A stretch of 62,867 bases of DNA, the filler included, from Octopus bimaculoides (Eukaryota): NCBI RefSeq assembly GCF_001194135.2. It is 4 parts of 4 records of this genome, joined end to end, with 100 filler letters (N's around TTAATTAATTAA, not from the genome) between each part and the next. Parts side by side here need not be neighbours in the genome. Positions count along the whole stretch, not along the records: positions 21,821 to 49,267 come from NC_068983.1; 3 more parts are not named here. One strand, 5' to 3'. Positions 29,149 through 42,297 of this stretch are shown here, in pieces. The notes below the pieces were generated by a model. That model had not been told where the DNA came from, did not search any database, and saw only the letters and a list, made by a program, of their open reading frames with translations. Numbering within the stretch: the first letter of the stretch is position 1; each line of letters opens with the position of its first letter. The translations under genes were made by a program, and so were the position numbers.

Positions 29149-29747
29149 GTGAAGGTGAGAGAGGGAGGTGTTTTCATATGTGAACACAAATATAGAATTT
29201 ATTATTGCTAAACAAAACAACGTATTTATGCATGAGATGGAAAAAATAGTGAAAAATAGAATCCGAAATAAAACTATGCTAGATTGGGACAAAAAATGTT
29301 TTTCTTCCATTTTCATTTTCGGTAACATAGGCAAATAAAATATCTAACTTTATCCCTGAAAAACATCTTATAAAATAATAATAACAAAGCAAAAGTTTAT
29401 TTGAAGAATAAGCGGCAAGGGAAACAAACCTCTCACAAATAGATCTACCAATGTCTGTATTCATATATTCATGAAAAGGACTGAAATGTGATTATTCATA
29501 GGAAGGAATCAAATGTGATTAATTTAAAGCGGAGGGAATTGTGCTACAGAAATGAGATTTTCAATTGCACGCTTATATATATTATTTTCTTGTCTATTTG
29601 TTAGGTTCTTGCTGTCTGTACTTGTGATCTTATTCATTATTCCGAAGCTGATTCTTCAAGCTCCTACATGTGAACGCACTTCACACACACATAAATACGG
29701 GCACATTCACACAAATGCAGGGAGAGACACATACATACAGACATGTA

Positions 29748-29791
<44 letters not shown>

Positions 29792-30254
29792 NNNNNNNNN
29801 NNNNNNNNNNNNNNNNNNNNNNNNNNNNNNNNNNNNNNNNNNNNNNNNNNNNNNNNNNNNNNNNNNNNNNNNNNNNNNNNNNNNNNNNNNNNNNNNNNNN
29901 NNNNNNNNNNNNNNNNNNNNNNNNNNNNNNNNNNNNNNNNNNNNNNNNNNNNNNNNNNNNNNNNNNNNNNNNNNNNNNNNNNNNNNNNNNNNNNNNNNNN
30001 NNNNNNNNNNNNNNNNNNNNNNNNNNNNNNNNNNNNNNNNNNNNNNNNNNNNNNNNNNNNNNNNNNNNNNNNNNNNNNNNNNNNNNNNNNNNNNNNNNNN
30101 NNNNNNNNNNNNNNNNNNNNNNNNNNNNNNNNNNNNNNNNNNNNNNNNNNNNNNNNNNNNNNNNNNNNNNNNNNNNNNNNNNNNNNNNNNNNNNNNNNNN
30201 NNNNNNNNNNNNNNNNNNNNNNNNNNNNNNNNNNNNNNNNNNNNNNNNNNNNNN

Positions 30255-30527
30255 GGTACCAGTTACGCACTGGGGTCGATATAATCGACTTAATCCGTTT
30301 GTCTGTCCTTGTTTGTCCCCTCTGTGTGTAGCCCCTTGTGGGCAGTAAAGAAATAGGTATTTCGTCTGCCGTTACGGTCTAAGTTTAAATTCCTCCGAGG
30401 TCGACTTTGCCTTTCATCCTTTCGGGGTCGATAAATTAAGTACCAGTTACGCACTGGGGTGGATATAATCGACTTAACCCCTTTGTTTGTCCCTTCTATG
30501 TTTAGCCCCTTGTGGGCAATAAAGAAA
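30255..30527 (+). mobile_element. SINE-like family C, head-to-tail tandem of the 3' ~175 bp
   Basis: gtaccagttacgcactggggt...ccttgtgggca.taaagaaat occurs twice (30256-30355 and 30440-30527). Confidence 0.85.
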
Positions 30528-31567
30528 TTGAAGATCCCGAGGACCAAGAAATCCTTCATATCGATCTGCCCAATACGACAACTGTCAAATGAAATATAAC
30601 TGCCTTATATTAACAAATGGACTGTACTGAATTCAATATTTCTATATATGAAGTATAATATTTTAACAATGGATTTCGAAGTGTATTACGCTACAAATAA
30701 TCGAGTTTATAATATTAGGTTAAGAAGCCCCTTGGAAGTAGAAGTTTCCGGATGAAATCCGACCTGAACACACGTTTTGCAAACATGACAGAAGTTTTAT
30801 CATGTATAACAAAGCACCCATTCGAATTTTCTTGAACAATTTCAGAAGCTTCATTTTGTGTAGAAAGTATTTTATGTTATTTACATTATCAGAATTTAGG
30901 TACAACGGGAAAGTAAAAGCCTGCTGCTTTACTTGAATACTAATATCAATGTTCGTATTTATGTTAAATTACTTGCAAAAACATTTTAACATCCAAAGTG
31001 GAGAGTTACTCGAGATTTTTAGCGGAGTATATATTTAATAACATTTAAAGGAAGATTATGAGTGTGATTTCCATGTTTCGGCTTCTTCGCCATCATCACG
31101 TCAGCCACAATTTTGAAGTCCATGTCAATCTCTTCTGTGTATATATTAATATATATNNNNNNNNNNNNNNNNNNNNNNNNNNNNNNNNNNNNNNNNNNNN
31201 NNNNNNNNNNNNNNNNNNNNNNNNNNNNNNNNNNNNNNNNNNNNNNNNNNNNNNNNNNNNNNNNNNNNNNNNNNNNNNNNNNNNNNNNNNNNNNNNNNNN
31301 NNNNNNNNNNNNNNNNNNNNNNNNNNNNNNNNNNNNNNNNNNNNNNNNNNNNNNNNNNNNNNNNNNNNNNNNNNNNNNNNNNNNNNNNNNNNNNNNNNNN
31401 NNNNNNNNNNNNNNNNNNNNNNNNNNNNNNNNNNNNNNNNNNNNNNNNNNNNNNNNNNNNNNNNNNNNNNNNNNNNNNNNNNNNNNNNNNNNNNNNNNNN
31501 NNNNNNNNNNNNNNNNNNNNNNNNNNNNNNNNNNNNNNNNNNNNNNNNNNNNNNNNNNNNNNNNNNN

Positions 31568-31606
<39 letters not shown>

Positions 31607-31924
31607 ATGCTTACCGAGGTATAACCATGTTATTAAAATTTGGGGAATTGAAGTGAAAGCATATTTTTCGATTAATTGGCTGAATTAGAGATCTCGATAT
31701 TACAAATAAACTCTTCAAACAGGATGTACAAATTCCAAGTTGCTGAAATCGATTTGTTTTTTAAGCTGTCATAGCCAAACGTAACACATAATCAGGACTA
31801 GCCTCTAACACAGATATTTTTTTTTCTACAAGTAGTCCATTCTTATTCGTTGACGTGAAAGATGCTTATTCGGAAGAATTCTTGAGAAGAATGAGTAAAC
31901 AATTACTGCTGTATATATTTTATG

Positions 31925-32080
31925 TATTACTTGTTTCAGTCATTGAACTGCAGCTATACTGGGGTTTCGGCTCGAATGGTTTGGTCGATCAAGTACTCAT
32001 GTTTTCTAGCCCACTACTTCTTGTTCACTAGCTTTTTTAGTTACATAAACAAAGCAATACCGGTTGTCAACCAGTGGAGG
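31925..32080 (-). mobile_element. Diverged SINE family A 3' half
   Basis: tacttgtttcagtcatt...ccggttgtcaac. Confidence 0.65.
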
Positions 32081-32358
32081 AAATACACACAGACGCACGC
32101 GCGCACACACACACGCATGCACACACACACACACAAATACACACACACAAACACGATCACACAAAAACTCACACACACACATACACAAACACACACATAC
32201 ACACATATATGCATATAGTAGTATGGTAGATTGATAGATAGATATGGATCTACATATACATAGATATATACATACACATGATATCTATATAAATGAGTAT
32301 ATATATATATATGTGTGTGTGGGTGTGTGGGTGTATATATATATATGTATATATATAT

Positions 32359-32395
<37 letters not shown>

Positions 32396-33185
32396 CAAGG
32401 TCTGATCAATAGGTATCCAGACTGTTGCCATATTAACGGAGCTAAAGTACGCAGAGTGAAGCCGTTCAGCAAAGATTGAACTTGAACGCTGCTGAGCATG
32501 TGCACCATGTTTTGACTTCTAGCTCACTTCCGCTGTTTACACCAGTGCCTGGAGGGAAGGCGTGTAGCATGTGATCGTTACATTGACCGTGATAGAGAAA
32601 GTTGTCATGGCGATACCTGCTCAGATGCAAAGATTTAGAAAGGCTATGGAGAGAAGTGTATGAGCCGCACACATGTGTACGAGAACTTCAGAGATTTCCA
32701 AGATGGGCGTAAAAATGTCGAGATTGACGAACGTTCTAAGAGATCCGCAACCAGCAGAACTCAGAAAAACATCGTAAATATGCGTGTATCTGTGAGAGGA
32801 AATTTTTGGATCACCATCCCTGGGTTATCAGAAGATGTGCAGATTAGTTAAAGTTCAATTTAGTCCATGGTCACTGAGGATTTGGGTATGAGACGCATGT
32901 CTGCCAAGTTCGTGCCAGAGCTGCTTTCAGCTGACCAAAAAGACCCTCCGGTCTCAGTTTCAGATATCGCCAAACTTGATGCTCAACCTTTTCTGTCGTG
33001 TTCAATGCGACGATCAAACGCTAAACACCTTCCTTCCAAGCACTGCTATAAACAGTGCAAGTAAGCTAGACCGTTAAAACTTAGGACAGCAGGGTTCAAG
33101 ATCAATCTGTGCCAAGTGGCTTCACTTTGCGTGCTTTAAATTCGTTACTATGTCAACAGTCCGGATATTTGTTGATCAGACCACG
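32396..33185 (+). mobile_element. Non-autonomous mariner derivative with ~210-bp terminal inverted arms
   Basis: TA|CAAGGTCTGATCAA...TTGATCAGACCACG|TA. Arms 32396-~32605 and ~32975-33185 are reverse complements. The centre encodes a decayed transposase HTH (DGRKNVEIDERSKR...LGMRRMSAKFVPELL). Confidence 0.9.
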
Positions 33186-33345
33186 TATAATAATTGGTTT
33201 GCGCGTGAAGAATGCTTGAGTGTTCTCAACATATGCAACTACTTGTCGCGCTTTAATACATGTATTGTGATCTTTAAATAAATATTATTTATCTCTCAAC
33301 AGCTGGAGTAGTTCTTTTGTTGAATTTTCTATCAAGGATCAGTAC

Positions 33346-33376
<31 letters not shown>

Positions 33377-33526
33377 NNNNNNNNNNNNNNNNNNNNNNNN
33401 NNNNNNNNNNNNNNNNNNNNNNNNNNNNNNNNNNNNNNNNNNNNNNNNNNNNNNNNNNNNNNNNNNNNNNNNNNNNNNNNNNNNNNNNNNNNNNNNNNNN
33501 NNNNNNNNNNNNNNNNNNNNNNNNNN

Positions 33527-33655
<129 letters not shown>

Positions 33656-33679
33656 TCTGTGTGTGTGCATGTTTGTGTA

Positions 33680-33790
33680 TGTGTGTCCCTCACCACCAGT
33701 TAAGAACCTGCGTTGGTGTGTTAACATCCCAAATTAGCAATTCGCCTAAAATAAGATCCAAACCTTAAAAAAATAAGTACTAAGGTCGCT
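33680..33790 (+). mobile_element. Diverged SINE family A internal fragment
   Basis: gttggtgtgtttaacatccc...aataagtactaagg. Confidence 0.55.
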
Positions 33791-34179
33791 ACACTGGACA
33801 AAAATATCCAATACTTATAAGCTTGCGCAAGCTTATACGCATAGAGACGCTGAAGTGCTTTTGATGAGCATCTATTATATACTATCAAACATCCTAAATA
33901 TGTATGAAGTCAGTCTGTGTACTAGTCTAATTACAAAAGCGAGGCCGGAAAAGTGATGCAAAATTCTGCAGAATTGTGCTATTAGCGTTCCTTTGTGGTT
34001 GTTGAGAGATAACTTTGTAAATAAAATTTCACAATCGATTTGGAAACATATTTTCGCGAGCTAATGGTTGCATGGAATATCTTGATACAGTAAATGAATC
34101 TCTAGAAAATAGATATAAGAATATGTCGACATTCAAAATCGATTAAGCGTTCAAAACTGCAGTTTGCTTCGCATGACCA

Positions 34180-34212
<33 letters not shown>

Positions 34213-34395
34213 CCCACATATACACTCACTCATACACAAACACACACATAACACATACGCACATTCACGTACATATGTGTATATATCTATATTCATATCT
34301 ATCTATATGCATACATATATATCTATATATACATCTATCTATATGCATACATATATATATACATATACATACCTACATACAAATATTCACATACG

Positions 34396-34430
<35 letters not shown>

Positions 34431-35184
34431 ATGCATTTATGTATATGAATATATATATATATATCATCAGACCTTGAACAAGGTCTGATAGACTCACAAT
34501 GCAATAGCACGCCTTTGCTGCAAGTCTGAAGAAGTGCCTCTCCAATACCAAAAACCGCAAATATTGCGTAATTTTTCTTTTAGAATTTTCACCTAAACTG
34601 GCGTTGCAAATGGAGATGGTACGGAAACACTTGTAACTTATAGCTGAAGATGTGTTGAAGAATGTTCTTCGTGTTCTTTTCATTTGATTATATACTCTTT
34701 GCCAAACAATATGACGCTATAATCATCGTGAAACTTGGATTATCTGCAAATACCCCAACTTCACACTCAAATGACTTTAGCCATTTACTCTATACCAAAT
34801 ATACACTGTATATTCGAACTTTTATATATATATATATATATATTGGAACTCGAAACAGTGTGTTCTTTTGAGAGTTCGAACGCCATTATCGGCGTCTTGA
34901 TAATCGAAGCCAACGGCAGGTTCGAAAGTATAAGGAGTTGAATATAGAGCGTAGCTGTATGTTTCTTTATAAAATGAGTATATTTTTTCTTCGTTGAATA
35001 ACATCAAATTGACGCTGATATAGCAGATATTACGTCTAAAGCGTTTCAAGTATAACTATTTCTTAATGCGTATTTATCTAATGTGTTCTTCCAAATTTTG
35101 TAGCAATATGAAACGAATGAACAGAGATTCAACTACTGTATGTAGCAGTTCTAGTCACTACGTAGACGCTCCGTTAGACTAGTA

Positions 35185-35350
35185 TAAAATTTTGACACAA
35201 GCCCAGCAAATTCAGGGTAAGGGAATCTGTCGATTTCAACGACCCCAGCGTTCAACTGGTACTTATTTTATTCACCTGTAAATGAATGAAAAGCAAAGTC
35301 TGCTCTTGCGACATATGAATTCAGAACGTAAAGTCGGAAGAAGTGCGGTA
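35185..35350 (-). mobile_element. SINE-like family C copy
   Basis: gtcgatttcaacgacccca...actggtacttatttta...tcagaacgtaaag. Confidence 0.7.
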
Positions 35351-37721
35351 ACGACATTCATGAGGCCATTGAAAAACAGCTGATGAGTGCAAATTTGGGT
35401 TAATGAACAGGCAGTATCAGAATCAGGCGTTTCGGGGCTTTTGTTTTAGAAATATAAAATGCAAAAATACAGAAAGTGATACAGTGCTTTGCAAATATTT
35501 GAACAGTATTCCCTAAATCCAGGGCTTATTTTCGATTTTGGATATTGGGCGACACCTGGGAGCATACTCAATGCTCTGTTCCCATCTGTGTTTTCTATTG
35601 AGTCAGTAACTGGTGTAAATCAAGTGTTCTTTTCTATTTTAACCCTACATTTTCATTATTTGTTATCCTACATTAATATTAGGGAAACTAATTTTGATTC
35701 ATGATACATAGCAGGTTTGGTACGTGTTGAAAATTGAACTACATACACACACACACGCACACGCACGCGCACGCACAGACATACAAACATACGCACGCAC
35801 ATATAAGTCATATTTACGGTACATATTCGTGTATGTATGTGTAGATATAACAGCTAACAGAAACAAGTAGGCCAATTGCTTTTAGCTAATGCTATGAATT
35901 CTTTATTGCCATACCAGAATGATACAAGAGATTGATAAATTATGGGAATCATTGAAACGAAAAAATACGTTGACTTAATCAAATCGATATTTAGAAACAC
36001 ATGCGATAATTTAAGATAAGGTTCCAGCGGATAACTGCCTTACAGCTAATATTTTACTCCATCAGATATTTTCTCTCAGAATTTTTTTTTTTTCCAAATG
36101 GCAGAATCATCACCATCATACAATTTGTACTTTCGTTTTGTGTTCTAGCTTCCACTTAAACGCTTTATCTTGATGTCAATTTTATCTAGAAATTATGATG
36201 GTGAAAAACACGTCAACAAATACAAGAAATGAACAGAATTCTTGCATTTTCTTAGCGGAAAAATGACGCAGTAAAATGAAATTAATGATAATATATCAGT
36301 GTGTTAGAGATAGCATCATATGATTTACTCGGAGATTAATGTAGAGTTGGTGTAAACATCATAACATACAATGCATATTAAAGCATGCAGTTGAGAGAAT
36401 GTGATTACACTTTGAAAATATCAATTAGTATTTGAAACAACATTCGAATTATCAAAATAAATATACGAATATGAATTAATAAAATAAATCTGACAACAAC
36501 GGAAAAGCAAAATAAATATTTGAAATAGCTGTCGAGATTTCAAAGAAGATCTGCATTGAGAAAACCTCCAAGAAGACAAAATTTGCGAACATTAAATTCG
36601 TGAATTAAATACTGTGAAAAAATATGGTGCGTTCATAATGGAAGATTATATAAATTTTAGTTTTCAGTTTTAAGTTTATATTAAGAATATAAATTTTTAA
36701 AACAAGCATTAAAATGCTCCTAATAATGATAGCAATATAACTTAAGCAAATATAATACTTGGAAGAAATCTAAAAATATATTTTAAAGCTTGTGCAATCT
36801 TGGGATTTTATAAAATACATTTAATAGAAAATATTTATACAATAATCGACTCTGCGTTTCTGTGGAAATTCAAATGAAAAGTAATCTAAACTGGTTTACG
36901 TGCAATAGCAAATGCACATTTATATGTTTTCATACAATGAAGTCGGGAAAGTGAAATGCAATATAACTATTTAGATTTTACATACTTATAAAAATATTTA
37001 ACTGAGAATTATCTGTAACGAAAATTAAAGGACTATAAGTGAAAAAGAAATGTCCATTACAGCAAGCATTTTAAACACTATTTCTGGTCATGCAATAACA
37101 TGTAATCATATGAAGTTACATTATGACGGTATTATGAATATTCTAAGAAATTCGGTTGATGTACTGAGATGTTGTTTAAGAACCATTAGATTTATCTATA
37201 GCATAAATCAAAAGCATTTTGTGTAGGTGATTGACTGTTTTAAATACATAACAAATTTATATGCACAAGCACGTATATATATATATATATATATNNNNNN
37301 NNNNNNNNNNNNNNNNNNNNNNNNNNNNNNNNNNNNNNNNNNNNNNNNNNNNNNNNNNNNNNNNNNCACACATATATACATATATGTATGTGCGTTTTTG
37401 CTTGCGTGTGGGTGTTTGTGCGCGTGTGTGCATGTATGTATGTATACATATGTGTGTATGTGTTTGTGTGGATATTCACGCGTGTGTGCGCATGCTAATG
37501 TGTGTGTTAAGAGTTTGAAGAATTTGCAAGTGAGGCTGGCCTACTGCGGGATATAGTTTGATCCTTAAATCTAATTGTGTTTCTATTGCTCTATGAAAAA
37601 ATATATATATATATATATGTACATATGTATACATATATATATAAATATATGTATATATACGTATATATTCATGTATGCATATACGTACATACACACACAT
37701 ATATGCACACACACACACACG

Positions 37722-37765
<44 letters not shown>

Positions 37766-37789
37766 TGTGTGTGTGCGTGTGTGCGTGTG

Positions 37790-37828
<39 letters not shown>

Positions 37829-38225
37829 ATGGATGGATGGATGTATATATAATACAATATAGATGCTCACATATTAATACATTTCAAGACAGGCACATAC
37901 CATGCATGCAAACACATACACACTCGTATAAATAAAGATATGGTCGGTTGAAGATGAGTAGATAGTGTATCATTTTAGTGCTAGTATTCTATAATTCAAT
38001 AATTTTAACTGTTTTATGAACCGAGGTAATTCTTGATATTTAATGAATTTATTTTAGTATAATATTTATATAAGTAATTATGTTATTTCAGTTGCCATTT
38101 TAAGCTGTTATGTGGTAAAGATATAATATCATTGTAAAATGTTTAAATTAAACAGAACTGTAATTAAAATATTTTAAAATATTGGCTATTATTAACACGA
38201 TATGTATATGTTTATGAGTAAAATA

Positions 38226-39388
38226 CCAGGTTATCCCATAAGTCTTGTCCGAATTTTGAATAAAGAAAATAAGTGATTAAATATTATATTTAATTGAAAT
38301 TTAATCATCAATATAATTTCCCTGATTATCTATGACTTCCATCCATTTACAAGCTTTTTAATCCCATCAATGTATAACTCTTCTGGTTACAAAGCGAACA
38401 ACTCTGAAATGTCAGTTTCGACCTCCTCGTGTCTTGCGAAAGTTATGTCCCGCAAATGATTCTGTAAACTACGAAACAAATGGTAGTCTGAAGGGGCATG
38501 GTCGGAAGGATAAGGTGGATGAGGAATTTTATCCCAACTAAGCTTTTCGATCTTCTGTGATGCGATCTTTGCAGTGTGGGGTTGCGCATTGTTCTGATGA
38601 AACATCTCTCCTATTCGATTCACTAAATCTGGTGTTTTTTTCCTTCAACGCTTGGTTCAAATGCTCTAATTGCTGACAGTAGACTTGAGCATTGATTGTT
38701 GCATTAGGTGGTAACATTTCAAAGTGAATTACTCCTTTGCAATCCCACTGGATAGAGAGAAGGACTTTTTTCCATGAAGTTTCCTTCTCGGTTGTGGTTG
38801 AGCTTTTTCCATTTTACCAAGCCACTGTTTACGACGTTTAACATATCGATAGAAGATCCATTTTTCGTCACCAGTCACTAGTTTATCCAAAAAGGGTGAA
38901 ATGAGTTTGCGAGAAAGAAGAGAAGAGCAGATGTCAACTCGGAATCTGCGGTTCCTTTCGGACAATTCGTGAGGCATGCATTTTCCAAGTTTAGGAATCT
39001 TTCCAAGTTGTTGAAGATGACGATGAACAGTTTTATGGTTTGAACTAAGCTTTATTGCTAATTCTTCAACTGATAATGAAGGATTTTCTTCAAGTAGTGC
39101 CTCAAGGTGCTTATCATAAAACTCAACTGGATGTCCTGTTCGATCTTCACCTTCAAGGCTGAAATTTCCACTTCTGAATTTTGCAAACCATCTTCTGCAA
39201 GTTCTTTCATTCAAGCATTCTTTCTCATAAACAGAGTGTATGTTTCGAATCGTTTCGGCTGCAGAGTTTCCTTTTTTATACTCATAAAGCATTATGTGCC
39301 TTAAATGCTCTTTGGATTCTTCCATGCTAGAAAGGGTTTTAATCAAAGAAATTTTAATTGTATTATTCTGTAAAAGAATGTTTAATGA
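38226..39388 (-). mobile_element. Mariner (DD34D) transposon, near full length, frameshifted
   Basis: ATG at 39325 gives MEESKEHLRHIMLYEYKKG...RWFAKFRSG...PHELS...LVTGDEKW; after a frameshift FHQNNA...HPPYPSDHAPSDYHLF (34-residue spacing, second D mutated to N). TA plus a terminal repeat at 38224-38260; the 5' end is replaced by (TA)n. Confidence 0.95.
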
Positions 39389-39395
39389 GTTTAAT

Positions 39396-39454
<59 letters not shown>

Positions 39455-41381
39455 GTATGTATGTATATATACACTTACACACACACTCACTACGTCCGTA
39501 TATATATTACTTTGTAATTGTTACATCTTTAATTGGGTAAATGTTATCTGTATTCAAAAATGGCATTCATTTAATTTATGTTGCCAAGATCTTCCTTATG
39601 CTAAGGAAATGTAGCTGTTAAGCATTATCTGTACATTCATAAATTTAATTGAAGTATAACTAGCGGGATACTTTCATATGACGTACAGAGATAAAATAGT
39701 AAAATGGAATATTGCATCATAGGAAATAAATTGCATTGTATACGATTTTTATTAGTTCATAGTATATTGTTATTAGTTATCTCATTTTAGCTGACATTTT
39801 CCATATGGACTAATAACATTTGCGCTGTAAAATCTGATCTCATATCTCACTAAATCAATACAAATATTAGTTCTACTGATACAATGGTCTGTTCATTTGG
39901 TCTGTGTTCTCTAACAACTCCAAACAATCTCCGAGAATAAGCATTGAAATAATGAAGCTGTAAATGAATTTCAAATATATACAAATATTTAGAGAAAATA
40001 TAGTTCGCAATATACTTCGTTGACTAATCGCGACCTGAAGATAGATTGGTTTAGATATAATCACATTGTCAGATAAATTTCACATTATATCTTGTAAATA
40101 TATCTGTGACTATAGGGCATTTTCAAAGTTTCGAGCATTTAAAGGTATGAAGAGATAGTTTGTGTTTATTCCTTTTGCCAAACATGTAATTCATTTCAAC
40201 AAGCACATAATATCGAACTAATATCGATCCATGGTATGTTTGATAAATCAGACAATAAGAGTGTTTGTACTCATATATATTCGCTGCCTAATCAAGTATA
40301 AGTGGATTATATACATGTGTGTATGTGTGTTATTTTATCTGGTTGTCAACAGATCACTGACAACAAGAATATTGCGTAAATCGAGAGCAAATCCCGATTA
40401 TTTATTTCATAGTGAATTCTGTTAAATGCACCCAAGGAAAATATGGGAAATAAAGTAGGTACGTGTACTTCTTATTCCTTGTCGTTATTGGAGATGGTTG
40501 TTTTTCTACGTCTTAAACTAAGGAAAATTGATACAAATACTAAAATATTTTCTCAAAAGAGATGATCAGATTCTGAAATCTATCCTTTACACATTTCATA
40601 AGGTATTTACTTATTTTTACGCTCTACGCAAATACAACCAATAACCTATTTATATGTATAATTGCAGATAGAGTATGTTTCTTTATCACATTTTGTAACA
40701 GTTGTTCTTTAACCCCATTCCATCTAGAAAAGAGCCAAACTATGTAAAAAAAGCTATCTTGTCAATATCATCCTCTATCATTCTAGGTTAGCATACATAG
40801 AACATGATATAAGATTATAAACATAAGTCTAAATAAGCTGATTCGGTAATACGCCTACAATGCTTTTATGAGTCATACGTTCGACCTTTTACATGTCTTC
40901 TACCATAGACTCTAGTTCCCAACGTAGCAGATAGAAACTGACTGGAAATGTGTTGGATACACCGTACACGTAACTCGATGACCAAGTTTTGTTGTATAAT
41001 AAGTAACACTGTTTTTTTTAATATTACGCTTATGCTAAGAGTGACATACATCAAAAGCTTACAAAATGATGGAGTGGTTAAATTGATCGAATAGCTGAAA
41101 TACATTTTGTGGAACCGGCGAAGTGTTCATTTCTTTTTCACAGATAAAAATATATTTTCCAATAAGCTATATTTTGTTCACGACAATACAATGGTTTTTC
41201 GGGATATTCGGCTGCTATTTCTAGCAGGACAAACAAAATCTTAGAGGCTTATGTAATGGCTTCGTCTATTGTAATAATTACTATGTGACGAAACACTTTA
41301 AAGTAACTTAAGTGATTCAAATTTAAGCAATTCATGCTGTTATTCATCTCTTCTTCTTATCGAAATATATGTACAGTTGTG

Positions 41382-41438
<57 letters not shown>

Positions 41439-41486
41439 GATGGATGGATGTATGAATGGATGCATGTATGGATGTATGTATGTATG

Positions 41487-42297
41487 TAAGTATCCGGGCT
41501 GTCACCACCGTATCAAAGCTGAGCATGCAGAGTAAAGTTGCTTGACACAAGTGGACCTTGAACTCTGTTGTCCATGCACACTACGTTTTAGCGTTCTAGC
41601 TCGCTTTCGCTGTTTACAGCAGTGCTTCGAAGGAAGGTGTGTAGCGTGTGATCGTTGCATTGACCATGACAGATGAAGTTGAGCAGAGAATCTGCATCAA
41701 ATATTGGCAAAAGTTTTGGGATACCTGCTCAGAGGCCTACGCAAAGTTTTCAAAACGTTTTCATTGTTCTCGAAACAATCAAGAAAATCGAGTTTCTTCT
41801 TGTTCAGCTGAAGGTAGTTTTGGCACAAACTTGCCAGACACGCAGCTGAAACCCATATCTTCAGATGTGATAAAATAAAATGAACTGTGACTAATCTTTA
41901 CATTCTCTGATAACCCACGAATGGTAATTCGACAATTTCCCCTCACAGCTGCACGCACATCTGCGATGTTTCTCTGAGTTCTGCTAGTTGCGGGTTTTCC
42001 AGAACGTTCGTCAATATTGTCATCATTTTGGCTATTTTCCATACGTCCGAACCACTTATACACTAGTGTGCGTCTCGTATAATCCTCTCCGTACCTTTTC
42101 TGCAACTTTGCGTCCGCCTCTGAGCAGGTATCACAATGACAACTTTCTCTGTCATTGTCAATGCGACGATCACACGCTACACGCGTTCCTTCGAATAACT
42201 GCCGTAAACAGCGGAAGTGAGCTTGAACGTTAAAACTTAGTGGGCATACACAGCAGAAGTCAAGATCAATCTTTGCTGAACGGCTTCACTCTGCGTG
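41487..42297 (-). mobile_element. Second copy of the same fold-back mariner family
   Basis: Same arms and HTH fragment (ORF 41779-42105, GKFVPKL). The left arm contains MTDEVEQRICIKY at 41666; the right arm runs into an N gap. Confidence 0.9.
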
